Below are positions 17,837 to 26,652 of a stretch of DNA of 64,000 nucleotides, in pieces. The stretch comes from a virus (taxonomy: Duplodnaviria; Heunggongvirae; Uroviricota; Caudoviricetes): the IMG/VR virus record IMGVR_UViG_3300009702_000014, positions 62,445 to 126,444 of that record; one strand, given 5' to 3'. Each line of letters starts with the position of its first letter. Within the stretch, counting starts at the first letter, position 1. The notes beneath the pieces are model-generated. The model was not told where the DNA came from and searched no databases. It worked only from the letters and a program-made list of their open reading frames with translations. Both the position numbers and the translations under genes were made by a program.

Positions 17837-18430
17837 ACCTCCACCAATGCTACCAACTTGTCCAAGCTGCGCCTGAGTCATGAGCTTGCTAAGCAAGTCC
17901 CACAAACTCTTCCATTCGTGAGTACGAGCGTGTTTATACAGCACGTACTCGCTGTTTTTGACCCAGGTCTTTTCGTGGCGAAAATGCCCCTGCACAATCC
18001 ACTTAAATTCGTCTATCGTTATGGGACGGCTCTGCTTTGGGACACGGGCGTGTCCTGCACCAACGCTAATACGACGGCCCATTTCTCCAAGAATGCGGCT
18101 ACGAAGTCCCTTGTCGGCCTGAGAAAGTCCTTTAATCCCATTAACTCGCATCAAAGACACAGAGCAGGCGGGGTCAGGCCCTACAACATCAGGGTAAAGG
18201 TGCGTACTAGACTCGACTACGCTCCCAATCGGGAAACCATAGCCCGTGTGCATGTCAGGCGTAACAGTGAAGCGTTCCACCCCCGGCAACTCCATAGAAT
18301 TGCGAAGTTGCTCCAATGCAGAGGATTCGACTGCCCCCATGAGGGCATCAGAGAGAAGCATGGTTGCCCATACGTTTCCGTGGCGCATTTTATAAATATT
18401 GCCAGCTTTAAACGGCTGAAATTCATTCAT
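17837..18430 (-). CDS. rtcB: RtcB RNA ligase, exon 1 (N-terminal part)
   Basis: PDMHTGYGFPIGSV and GSIGGG (start of GGGNHF motif); the ORF reads through into the insert (KLTASLSW*). Confidence 0.7.
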
Positions 18431-18573
18431 AATGAGTTCATCCTATCTATGTACTTACATTACAGCACCTTAAAGTGAGAACAACGAGAACCTCTGGCTT
18501 ACTGAGTTTTCTCCCACAAATCCGCCCCTACCAAATGTTTATGAATAGAGGTAATCTTCTAATATGGGTGTCC

Positions 18574-19653
18574 TTATGACAACCCGTATGGGCTGCTGCC
18601 AACGAAGTCGATAAAAATCTTCGACCTCTTGTTTCGTGACTCGGGGGTGTTACCACCTTGTTGTGAAATTAGGTCATATTCGTAAGTAATCGGAGACTTC
18701 GCCTCTTTTAGCTTATGGAAATCGTCCCACGCTACTTTAAGAGATTCTATGTTGTCCTCTGAAAACCAATCTGTCTTTTTCTTATGAACTAACATCAAGG
18801 TGACAATTTGTGTTTCGTTGAATTTACGTGCAATCCGCTGACTGTCAGATTCGGTGTAAAGGCTTACTAATGCATCAAGAGCTTCCAAAAACTCAACTAC
18901 CAAATCCGAGGCGTCACTAATCTCCTTCTCCTTTGTTCCGGTGGTTAGGTACAAATGGTCTACAGGACCCCTACTAGTGGTAATGTCAGGCTCAAGCGTG
19001 ATGGCGAGAAGGTGGGTTGCAAGTTTCTTACGCTCTGCACCCCTTTCCCTTAGTTTTATTGTATCAAACAACTCATCAAATTCCCTTACAATAACCTCAA
19101 CCGCCTTAGAGTACCAATTTCTTACCGCATTTCGCTTCTCTTGGGGTTTTAGAGCGACACCTTCTTGTAGAAGAGTAAAAATGGTTGTAAGAGCATCTTC
19201 TGGATAGTCTTTAAGCATTACTACATCAAACACACATTCTCTGATATCTTCCTGTCTACCGGGGGGTAGGTCAGAGAATTTCTTACCAATACAGTCTGAG
19301 ACTCCCTCTGTGTACTGTGGGTTCTTTGGATTAAAACTTAGCCTGGAAGTCTTACCGTCGGTGGTCTTACCAGTTAGATACTCCAAAGCTGTCAGTAGTC
19401 TTTGCTTTCCGTCAACTACCTCATATACAAACGTCCCGTCTTCTCTAGCCCTTTTGTGGAAATAGATTTTAGGAATATCTGCCCAAGAGCTATTCAGTAG
19501 AGTATAGATGAAATTCTTTCGTTTTTCTCTGGGCCATGCCCCTTCATCACGTTGCATACTAATATCGAAGTCGAGTTTTCCCGCCTCGTAATGCATACGA
19601 ATCGTGTCTAGGGTCAGATGTTCGAAGGTTTTTCTCTTTGCCATGATTATCAA
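18574..19653 (-). CDS. DUF262 (ParB/GmrSD-like nuclease domain) protein
   Basis: VVDGKQRLLTALEYL, equivalent to the DGQQR motif; likely true start at MAKRK with RBS AAAGGAG. Confidence 0.55.
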   Translation of the reverse strand: MIIMAKRKTFEHLTLDTIRMHYEAGKLDFDISMQRDEGAWPREKRKNFIYTLLNSSWADIPKIYFHKRAREDGTFVYEVVDGKQRLLTALEYLTGKTTDGKTSRLSFNPKNPQYTEGVSDCIGKKFSDLPPGRQEDIRECVFDVVMLKDYPEDALTTIFTLLQEGVALKPQEKRNAVRNWYSKAVEVIVREFDELFDTIKLRERGAERKKLATHLLAITLEPDITTSRGPVDHLYLTTGTKEKEISDASDLVVEFLEALDALVSLYTESDSQRIARKFNETQIVTLMLVHKKKTDWFSEDNIESLKVAWDDFHKLKEAKSPITYEYDLISQQGGNTPESRNKRSKIFIDFVGSSPYGLS

Positions 19654-19694
19654 GCTCCTTTTTGATATAATAACATGTTATCATAGCATGTTAT

Positions 19695-19760
19695 AGTTTG
19701 TCAAGAGTATACCGTGGCGCATCTTGTAAATGTTGCCCGCTTTAAACGGCTCATTCATAT
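19695..19760 (-). pseudogene. remnant duplicate of the rtcB 5' end (22-codon fragment MNEPFKAGNIYKMRHG..)
   Basis: 19710-19760 is about 85% identical to 18378-18430 (rtcB start codons MNEFQPFKAGNIYKMRHG) with a 6-nt indel. Confidence 0.5.
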
Positions 19761-19961
19761 GGCTATAACCCTCCCTAGCTCCTTAAAAACCTTCACCATA
19801 TCCTGTTCCAAAGCTTTAATTGCGACACGTCGAATTTTTGAGTCAGACATTCCAGGGTGTATCTTTTTTTGGAAAGCAACTTCCTTACAAAAGGCTTTGT
19901 AAAACTTCGGGCGATACTGACTAAAATATGAACTATTCCAATAATCCTGAATGTGTGCCAT
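19755..19961 (-). CDS. hypothetical protein
   Basis: 68-aa ORF. Confidence 0.35.
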   Translation of the reverse strand: MAHIQDYWNSSYFSQYRPKFYKAFCKEVAFQKKIHPGMSDSKIRRVAIKALEQDMVKVFKELGRVIAI

Positions 19962-20416
19962 TAAAGTCTCCCCTTATTAACTCCGCATTCTTTAACTTGG
20001 TCCCACAAAAGCCCCGCAGTTAAGTCTGTACGGCGAAGGAAGTGACAGTAAGCATTTTGGTATTCAGGACGTGGTGCCCAATACGGGCAAACAGCTCGAT
20101 TTCCTTGGACATCCCGGCTATAACAGTAATCGCCTTCGGGAATAGCCGCCTGAAACATCTTAGCTTGTTCCTCGTCTGTCGTAGCGTAATACTCTTCTAA
20201 AACACGTGCCTGTAACGTTTCAACAGCAGCCTCAATGCTGTCTCCAACAGCCCAACAATGGCCAAAGTCCTTGTCAAACCTCTTCTGATTTCTCAGCATT
20301 GCTACCCACCAAAACTCGTCCGCCCCTCCACGTTCGCCTTCTTCTAGGTAAATCTCTATATTGCTTGAGAAAATATCGGCCAAATCAATATCTGTGAGTT
20401 CCATGTCATGCCCCAA
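19961..20416 (-). CDS. hypothetical protein
   Basis: 151-aa ORF. Confidence 0.45.
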   Translation of the reverse strand: MGHDMELTDIDLADIFSSNIEIYLEEGERGGADEFWWVAMLRNQKRFDKDFGHCWAVGDSIEAAVETLQARVLEEYYATTDEEQAKMFQAAIPEGDYCYSRDVQGNRAVCPYWAPRPEYQNAYCHFLRRTDLTAGLLWDQVKECGVNKGRL

Positions 20417-20972
20417 TCACAAAGCGTTCCAGCATTTCCTGGTCGCCCAACTCGTATACAGTTAGAAGGCTACTGAGAGAGTTAACTGTGAACTCCTTAC
20501 TACTAATTGTCTTGCGGAGAATATGACGAATCCTGTCCGTTAGGAATTGGATAGCCCTCTTATGGCTGACCTCTAGCTGTTTTACAGGAATATCTAGAAA
20601 TTCTACATCAAGACTGACGGAGGGAGCATGAATTCTCAAATCTCTAAATTTAATTCTTAGGCAAAGCCTTTCCTCCATGTCTGTAACAATTGAGAATTGT
20701 CCATCTAAGTAGTGCCATTCTCCAGGACCAGTGACAAAAGCCACATCAATCGCTTTAGGCCACACGGAGTCTTCAAACCAGCAACCCATATCACCCTGAA
20801 AATTTTCGATACGAAACTCAGCGTCGTAAATCTCTTGTAAAAGTTCCTCAGTAGGCTTCTCAATAGGGAATGACATAATTATCCTTTCAAAAATAGAGTT
20901 GAGTTGAGTTGGGTCGTAAGCCGGGTTCTGTTTCAATCTAGCATCTATCTTGTCTTGGGTTATTATTCCCAA
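20406..20972 (-). CDS. hypothetical protein
   Basis: 188-aa ORF. Confidence 0.45.
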   Translation of the reverse strand: MGIITQDKIDARLKQNPAYDPTQLNSIFERIIMSFPIEKPTEELLQEIYDAEFRIENFQGDMGCWFEDSVWPKAIDVAFVTGPGEWHYLDGQFSIVTDMEERLCLRIKFRDLRIHAPSVSLDVEFLDIPVKQLEVSHKRAIQFLTDRIRHILRKTISSKEFTVNSLSSLLTVYELGDQEMLERFVIGA

Positions 20973-21275
20973 GCTCTTTGCGGCAATTCTGCCTTGCTGC
21001 CACGTAAGGATTGCCTAGCCATAGGTTATTAGTCCTATGCTGGTGAGTTTTTACCTCACCGCTTTCACCTACCGCTGGTACGCGGTCTCTGTTCGCTGTT
21101 GCTCTTGCTCGCACGTCACCGTGGTCGGGCGTTACCCGATACGCTTTTTATGGCAGCCCGGACTTTCCTCCCCGTAGGGCGCTAGAATGCCCAACTCAAC
21201 TTCGCTCAGTCTACTCTACCATACTATGAGAATAGTGAAAAGTCCCCGACGTATGCCGAGGACTTTATAGGTTCT

Positions 21276-22151
21276 TTAGTAAACCGGGAAGAAGAGCAGC
21301 GTGGTATTGTTTACAGCCGTACCAATAACTATAACATTTCCTGTAGCAGGCATATTACTAGAGATATGCCCATTTTCTGCTAAGTAGTATACTGTGCCTG
21401 CTTGAAGGTTCTGCATTCCAGTTACCAGACTACCAGGGAGGTAGAATTTGTTGTTGTAATGAAAAACCAGTCCAACAAGTTCAAGGCGCGAATTTGAGCT
21501 AGAGGCTGTTGTCCAGGTGTTATTGACATGAGTCATACGTAGGACAAGTGACCCGGTACCATAATTCTGGTCGGTTGTAAAGTTGGTGGTGTCACCATTC
21601 TTACTAGTGATAAATACACCGTCTTTTCCTGAGGGGCCTTGGGGTCCAGTATTTCCCCTAGGGCCTTGTGGACCAGTTGCCCCAACAGGCCCTTGCGGGC
21701 CACGCGCCCCAGTATCACCCTTTGGTCCCTGCGGTCCCTGAGCACCAGTATCCCCCTTAGGCCCTTGTGGGCCGACCGGACCCTGAGGGCCAGTTTCGCC
21801 TATATGTCCTGGCGTGCCGGGAGTCCCAGGCGCCCCCGCGGGCCCGCGTTCACCTTGCGGTCCCTTAGGCCCCTGCGGGCCTTGAGCACCAGTATCCCCT
21901 TTTGGTCCTGTTGCTCCGGTATCGCCCTTTGGACCGGCTGGTCCTGTATGTCCTGGTGTTCCAGCGGGGCCCCTATCCCCCTTAGGCCCCTGCGGACCAG
22001 CAGGGCCTCTTTCACCCCTCGGGCCAGCCTTACAGGTCTGACCATGATAGCCAGAATCATCGCCATGCCCTCCATCAGCAAAAGCCACTCCGACGCCCCC
22101 CATAAAGGCGAGCGAAAGAAGAAGGAGTATAATAAGTCGAAGTCTTTTCAT
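21276..22151 (-). CDS. secreted collagen-like triple-helix repeat protein with C-terminal globular domain
   Basis: signal peptide [25 protein letters not shown]; about 55 uninterrupted G-X-Y triplets; start chosen at the Met with RBS AGGA. Confidence 0.7.
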   Translation of the reverse strand: MKRLRLIILLLLSLAFMGGVGVAFADGGHGDDSGYHGQTCKAGPRGERGPAGPQGPKGDRGPAGTPGHTGPAGPKGDTGATGPKGDTGAQGPQGPKGPQGERGPAGAPGTPGTPGHIGETGPQGPVGPQGPKGDTGAQGPQGPKGDTGARGPQGPVGATGPQGPRGNTGPQGPSGKDGVFITSKNGDTTNFTTDQNYGTGSLVLRMTHVNNTWTTASSSNSRLELVGLVFHYNNKFYLPGSLVTGMQNLQAGTVYYLAENGHISSNMPATGNVIVIGTAVNNTTLLFFPVY

Positions 22152-22190
22152 AAGTTCAATCCTTTCGTTTAACATTGTTCCATAAAAGTT

Positions 22191-22205
22191 TATGAGAAGT
22201 ATTAG
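22191..22205 (-). promoter_or_regulatory. copy of recurrent motif (minus strand CTAATACTTCTCATA), 40 nt upstream of collagen-like gene start
   Basis: plus strand reads TATGAGAAGTATTAG. Confidence 0.5.
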
Positions 22206-22681
22206 TTTATAAATAAAAGCAATCCCAACACAAGCAAGTGAAAGGCTTGGTCTGTTAGGATAGTGGCGGGAGCCCAACTGCGAGTAACCCAGCGGCGGCT
22301 ATCAATAATAAGGTGAGTCCCAAATATCACAAGCAATCCCCACCAGGAAAAAGCACCTAACAAAACCGCCGGAATAAAGAATGCGGTATAAATTAGTACA
22401 TGCTGAAAAAGTGCTGGGATACTAAATCGTATCTTATTCATATCCAAAGGGTGCTTTTTGCGCCTCAAAAGATACGACATGACTTCAAACGCATGACTCT
22501 TATATTTCGCCATCCTATCCGTCTGGTAGGTGTAGTCTCCCAATATGTGTAATGCAAGTAGAATTAAAATCATATTACTCCCAAGGGTACTGATGCGACG
22601 GCTTCCAACGTGGGTTACGTCCGTAATCATCCACGAACACTTCATCGAACACCGTTTGGTGAGGATAATTATACCGTTCAA
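22202..22681 (-). CDS. membrane protein
   Basis: hydrophobic segments FFIPAVLLGAFSWWGLLVIFGTHLII and LLVLGLLLF. Confidence 0.4.
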   Translation of the reverse strand: MNGIIILTKRCSMKCSWMITDVTHVGSRRISTLGSNMILILLALHILGDYTYQTDRMAKYKSHAFEVMSYLLRRKKHPLDMNKIRFSIPALFQHVLIYTAFFIPAVLLGAFSWWGLLVIFGTHLIIDSRRWVTRSWAPATILTDQAFHLLVLGLLLFIN

Positions 22682-22922
22682 AAAACCGCATATCTCGCGT
22701 GTCTACATTTTTCAGCATTTCAGTCTTGACTTTGTAGATAAGTTCCTCAATTGCATTCGTTACAGAAATTCCACTTTCCGGGGGCTCTGTAAAGATAACA
22801 TAGTAAGCACTATCCACATTGTAAATGTCAAGATAACACTGGCTCTGGATACCAAAATATCCTTTATAGTGAATCTTCATATTGTCATGCGAGTGAATCA
22901 GTACCATGTTCAATCCTTTCAA
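22575..22922 (-). CDS. hypothetical protein
   Basis: 115-aa ORF. Confidence 0.35.
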   Translation of the reverse strand: MKGLNMVLIHSHDNMKIHYKGYFGIQSQCYLDIYNVDSAYYVIFTEPPESGISVTNAIEELIYKVKTEMLKNVDTRDMRFFERYNYPHQTVFDEVFVDDYGRNPRWKPSHQYPWE

Positions 22923-22991
22923 CAGGCATTCTACTTTTCAAAGCAATGAGAGTTGTGAGATGCCTCTTTGTGGTTATCATTAACCCGACGC

Positions 22992-23801
22992 TCATGCTTC
23001 CTCTAGCATCACTTTTACTAATGCCCGCAGCGGTATGGCGGCGTCCTCTGCCTCTAAACTGTAGGAGATATCTGTAGGCAACTCTATCCAAAATAAGTGG
23101 TAGCTACCATCAGAATAAATCTCTACAGAAATTTCGTAATTGTCAGTTCTCCAACTTAGGTGTAGACTGTCACCCTCTTCCGACGGAGAAATCTGTGGGT
23201 CAGGCAAATTAAGCACAAAGTCCTTCGTAAGTTCTATAACTCCATTGCTATCGAAAGGTTCATAGGTAGCAAGCCTTTGAAAGTACTGCTCTAATTCTCC
23301 ACCCCATAGTGTCTCCGCTTCTGGACTCGTCCATATCTCTTCCCGCAGGAATTTGCTTTCCCCATCGTCAAACTCAATTTCTTCCAATTTCCTTTGTAGC
23401 CTCTCAAATTCCTGCCGAGCATGTTCCTTGGACGTAGCCCATATAAAACCGTGAAATGTGTCATGGCCCTCTATACGTAAGAGGGAAAGGGTATTAGAAA
23501 TACATACATCTGTATCATGGCTTGTTGTCAATGAGATTTCTTCGTCCAGCAAAGAATCAACACGATATTCGTGGAGCCCGGTTTCCTCTAAAAATTCTAA
23601 AGCAGGCTCTTCATCAAATTGATTCAATTCTTGGTCATAAACAGTCACATTGAATGCCTTACCAATGCGCTCAGCCAACTCCTTATGGTCCTCATCAAAG
23701 TACCCATATATCTTTTCAATACCTTCGTACCCTACAGACATAGGAATATAAATCTTCATTACTTCAACTCCTTTTCCCACAATAACAATATTGTCAGTCA
23801 C
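22992..23801 (-). CDS. hypothetical acidic protein
   Basis: 269-aa ORF. Confidence 0.45.
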   Translation of the reverse strand: MTDNIVIVGKGVEVMKIYIPMSVGYEGIEKIYGYFDEDHKELAERIGKAFNVTVYDQELNQFDEEPALEFLEETGLHEYRVDSLLDEEISLTTSHDTDVCISNTLSLLRIEGHDTFHGFIWATSKEHARQEFERLQRKLEEIEFDDGESKFLREEIWTSPEAETLWGGELEQYFQRLATYEPFDSNGVIELTKDFVLNLPDPQISPSEEGDSLHLSWRTDNYEISVEIYSDGSYHLFWIELPTDISYSLEAEDAAIPLRALVKVMLEEA

Positions 23802-23828
23802 CTACGAACCGGGCATATAAATGCGTCA

Positions 23829-24265
23829 TTAGGAGATTTTCTTGCCCATCATGACGCCAGAAAGAAACTCTAGGGCCTTCCTGTACTTGTTTTCTAGCCT
23901 TTCCCTGGTAGCGTTGCCGAGATAAGAAAGTCTATTGGGGTCGGAGTTGTCCATCAGGTCTGCCCATTTGACCATAAGGCCAATGTCGTTTTGGCTCGCC
24001 CGGTAAACGAATTCGTCATAAGGCTCTCCGTCGTGACGAGTGACGGATTCAACAGCCTCTACGATATACTCAGGAAAGCCTGCCTCTAGCAAATGATAGA
24101 AGTGTCCTCCAGAATGTCATGGAGAGCAGCTACTACCATATCGTCCTCTCTGCGGAGACGACCGACTACCCTAAAAATATGAGAAATATAGGGCGCACCC
24201 AGTTTGTCGAACTGACCGGCGTGCGCTTCGACTGCAAGTGCGAGTGCCTTCTTGAGAAGTAGCAT
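23829..24265 (-). pseudogene. SpoT/MESH1-like HD-domain (p)ppGpp-hydrolase-type gene interrupted by a -1 frameshift near 24092-24096
   Basis: N-terminal frame ALAVEAHAGQFDKLGAPYISHIFRVV...VVAALHDILEDTSIIC*; C-terminal frame LEAGFPEYIVEAVESVTRHDGE...VKWADLMDNSD; together they span a complete HD hydrolase domain. Confidence 0.55.
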
Positions 24266-24298
24266 CTAGCCATCCTTTCTTCTATTATAGTCGCACAT

Positions 24299-24318
24299 AA
24301 ATGAGAAGGGTGAGATTT
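24299..24318 (-). promoter_or_regulatory. variant of recurrent motif (minus strand AAATCTCACCCTTCTCATTT), about 35 nt upstream of the HD gene start
   Basis: plus strand reads AAATGAGAAGGGTGAGATTT. Confidence 0.4.
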
Positions 24319-24371
24319 GCAGCATTGAATTTAGGCTGCTGCAAATTTCCGGGGAGAACAAACATCTTCTG

Positions 24372-25481
24372 TCATGAGATATCGTCCTTCCACCTTAGTC
24401 CGACACCAACAGGGAAGCGAGGCACACCATCGTCTGTCTTTTCAAAAAACCTAACTGTCAGCTTTTCTCCGATATGCGAATCAGCTTCCTGGTACCACGC
24501 TTGACGTTCTTCCATCGTTCCCTTCGGGACCACGTTAAACTTAATACCCTCCGGGGTTTCACACTCATAAATGATACAACCTACAAACTTGCCGACACCC
24601 TCTGTGTAACCTGTAACAGAATACTCAGCATCCAGAAAATCCTTCTTTTTAAGAAGAGCCGCTGAACGAGCACCTGTACGGTATCCCAAGTCTTTGTCTT
24701 TAAGGCCACGGGTTAGGCGTATAATAGAACCTTCGTAGCCCTGCTGGATGAAGGATTCGTGTGCCTTTTGCACTTCTTCCTCGTTGAAGCAAGTCTGTTC
24801 CCCAACAAGTTTAATCTTATCAGCTTCAGGAAAATCTAGGAAAGTGATATCATGACGATTTTTCCAATTATCATCCTTTGTTAAAGCACAATAGCTATCA
24901 TAGCAATGGAATTCGACGTTTTCGGATTCTCCCGGACGATACTTCTTCACAAGCTTCAAGAGGGACTGGAATCCCATACCATGAATGTACAGCTCGCCGT
25001 CAAGAACCATCGGGGGAAGGTTCATGTCCTTAACCTGTTGACGAATATGCTCACAATTCTCGATAGGCTTACCCGAGCGGCTGACCATTTCGACATCATC
25101 ACCATCTGCACGAATCAGGCAGCGAACACCATCCAGCTTAGGCTGAACATAGACCGGAAACTGCTCCTTCTTGAGCTTCGTCACGGACTTGGCCAGCATC
25201 GGTTGGAGCTTATCTACAATATTTGACGTGGCCCGAGACTCACTATACTTACGGTCCTTCTGATAGACCCACATAGCCTCAGCTTCAAGTAGAGCCTGTT
25301 CCTCAGCGGTAGTCGAATTCGACTTGCCTACATTCTTTGGTGTAGCCTGTTTGGACGCCTCTTGCTTTGAATCTCCTTCACCACCATAAAGGGTGAAAAT
25401 GGTATCTCCTTCGACCCAAATATCCCACTCGTAGGTCTTGCCCGAATTATTCGTGTAATATAGCCTCGGCCAAGTTTTCAT
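24372..25481 (-). CDS. ATP-dependent DNA ligase
   Basis: motif I QPKLDGVRCLIR (KxDG) and downstream nucleotidyltransferase motifs. Confidence 0.8.
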   Translation of the reverse strand: MKTWPRLYYTNNSGKTYEWDIWVEGDTIFTLYGGEGDSKQEASKQATPKNVGKSNSTTAEEQALLEAEAMWVYQKDRKYSESRATSNIVDKLQPMLAKSVTKLKKEQFPVYVQPKLDGVRCLIRADGDDVEMVSRSGKPIENCEHIRQQVKDMNLPPMVLDGELYIHGMGFQSLLKLVKKYRPGESENVEFHCYDSYCALTKDDNWKNRHDITFLDFPEADKIKLVGEQTCFNEEEVQKAHESFIQQGYEGSIIRLTRGLKDKDLGYRTGARSAALLKKKDFLDAEYSVTGYTEGVGKFVGCIIYECETPEGIKFNVVPKGTMEERQAWYQEADSHIGEKLTVRFFEKTDDGVPRFPVGVGLRWKDDIS

Positions 25482-25535
25482 ACGTTCAACGCTCCTTCAT
25501 AGGAAAAGTAGTATAGCGGCTCAACTACCACTATA

Positions 25536-26228
25536 CTACTTCGCAGTACTATGAGAGGTATTAGTAGATTCCTCTGGAAATTCCAAGTCTACATAGTGAC
25601 CAGTCTGCATCACATGTAGACAGATGAATTGCGTGCCATCTACATTTACATTGAGACGTTTATGGTGGTGCCCAAAGAGCCACAAACTAGGCTTTTTGGG
25701 GCCAACAAGAACATTCTTACGTAGATGTTCCAGGAATTCAGCCGTCCTATTCGGAAAAGCGTGCATGGGGTGTAGATGCTTATAAAGCTCATAAGGGGCT
25801 TCGTGCGTTATAACGGTATTAATGGCTCCTTCATAACGACGCACCTTTTCCTCAATCATATCCATCTCACCCATTGAAAGCTGCTCTTGGTCCCACCAGT
25901 TCATCCCCGGTGTGCGCTGTTGCCAGTCAATCGACCACGCGCCTCCAATGAATAGGGTATCATGGTGAATCATTCCGTCCGGGATATAAAAGAACCCTTT
26001 ATGGTCCCAATCAAAGTAAATTCTGATGTTAGGGTTGTCATGATTGCCTCGGATAAACCTTATCCTAATTTTCGGAGTTTCAATTGGCTGGTCGAAGGTA
26101 CCGGGGAAGCCATACCCGAAGTCACCTGCAATCCAAACCTCATCAATGCCCAAACCGTCCAAACTTTTAATAGTTTTGTCGAGAAAAGAGAAGTCTCCAT
26201 GTAAATCTCCGTAAACTCTGACTTTCAT
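25536..26228 (-). CDS. calcineurin-like metallophosphoesterase
   Basis: GDLHGDF, AGDFGYG and GNHDN metal-binding motifs. Confidence 0.75.
   Translation of the reverse strand: MKVRVYGDLHGDFSFLDKTIKSLDGLGIDEVWIAGDFGYGFPGTFDQPIETPKIRIRFIRGNHDNPNIRIYFDWDHKGFFYIPDGMIHHDTLFIGGAWSIDWQQRTPGMNWWDQEQLSMGEMDMIEEKVRRYEGAINTVITHEAPYELYKHLHPMHAFPNRTAEFLEHLRKNVLVGPKKPSLWLFGHHHKRLNVNVDGTQFICLHVMQTGHYVDLEFPEESTNTSHSTAK
25550..25564 (-). promoter_or_regulatory. copy of recurrent motif (minus strand CTAATACCTCTCATA), overlapping the last codons of the phosphoesterase gene and upstream of the ligase gene
   Basis: plus strand reads TATGAGAGGTATTAG. Confidence 0.4.
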
Positions 26229-26229
26229 G

Positions 26230-26460
26230 TCATGCCTCCATATGGTGTGAGTCTACGCCGTATACATGAAAAACATTAGTTACAGCGCCATATGGTACGT
26301 ATTTGGCTGCCATATTCAGACTCTCCTTTTCATTGTACTGCGCATTCGTGAGAGCCTCATGAAACTCAAGAGCACCTTCTTCTTCAAGAAAAGGCTCCAC
26401 GATATCAAAGATTTCGTTAGTGGTAGCATCATACACCTGAAATGGCACGTAAAAGACCAT
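26230..26460 (-). CDS. hypothetical protein
   Basis: 76-aa ORF. Confidence 0.35.
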   Translation of the reverse strand: MVFYVPFQVYDATTNEIFDIVEPFLEEEGALEFHEALTNAQYNEKESLNMAAKYVPYGAVTNVFHVYGVDSHHMEA

Positions 26461-26652
26461 TATAGCCCCAAGGAACCGAGAGCAGCATCAACGAGAAGAG
26501 CTGCTGGGTTATCCTCTGTAAAGCCGTGTTTTTCATCTAGGGAGGTTGTGACAAGAGCGAGCATGAGGATTAACTCCATTGCCCCTCGTCGTTAAGAGCG
26601 TCCTTATTCGGAGCAAAGGCATCCACTAGTTCTAAAGTACGATTTATATTCA

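Noticed and set aside
21639-22172. Plus-strand 177-aa ORF and other antisense ORFs inside the collagen-like gene
   Set aside because: Artefact of the GGN-rich triplet repeat, which keeps several frames open. The minus-strand collagen frame has a signal peptide, RBS and motif.
24085-24100. Programmed -1 ribosomal frameshift in the HD-hydrolase gene
   Set aside because: No X-XXY-YYZ slippery heptamer or downstream pseudoknot. A pseudogene or sequencing indel is more likely, so it is reported as a finding rather than as a recoding site.
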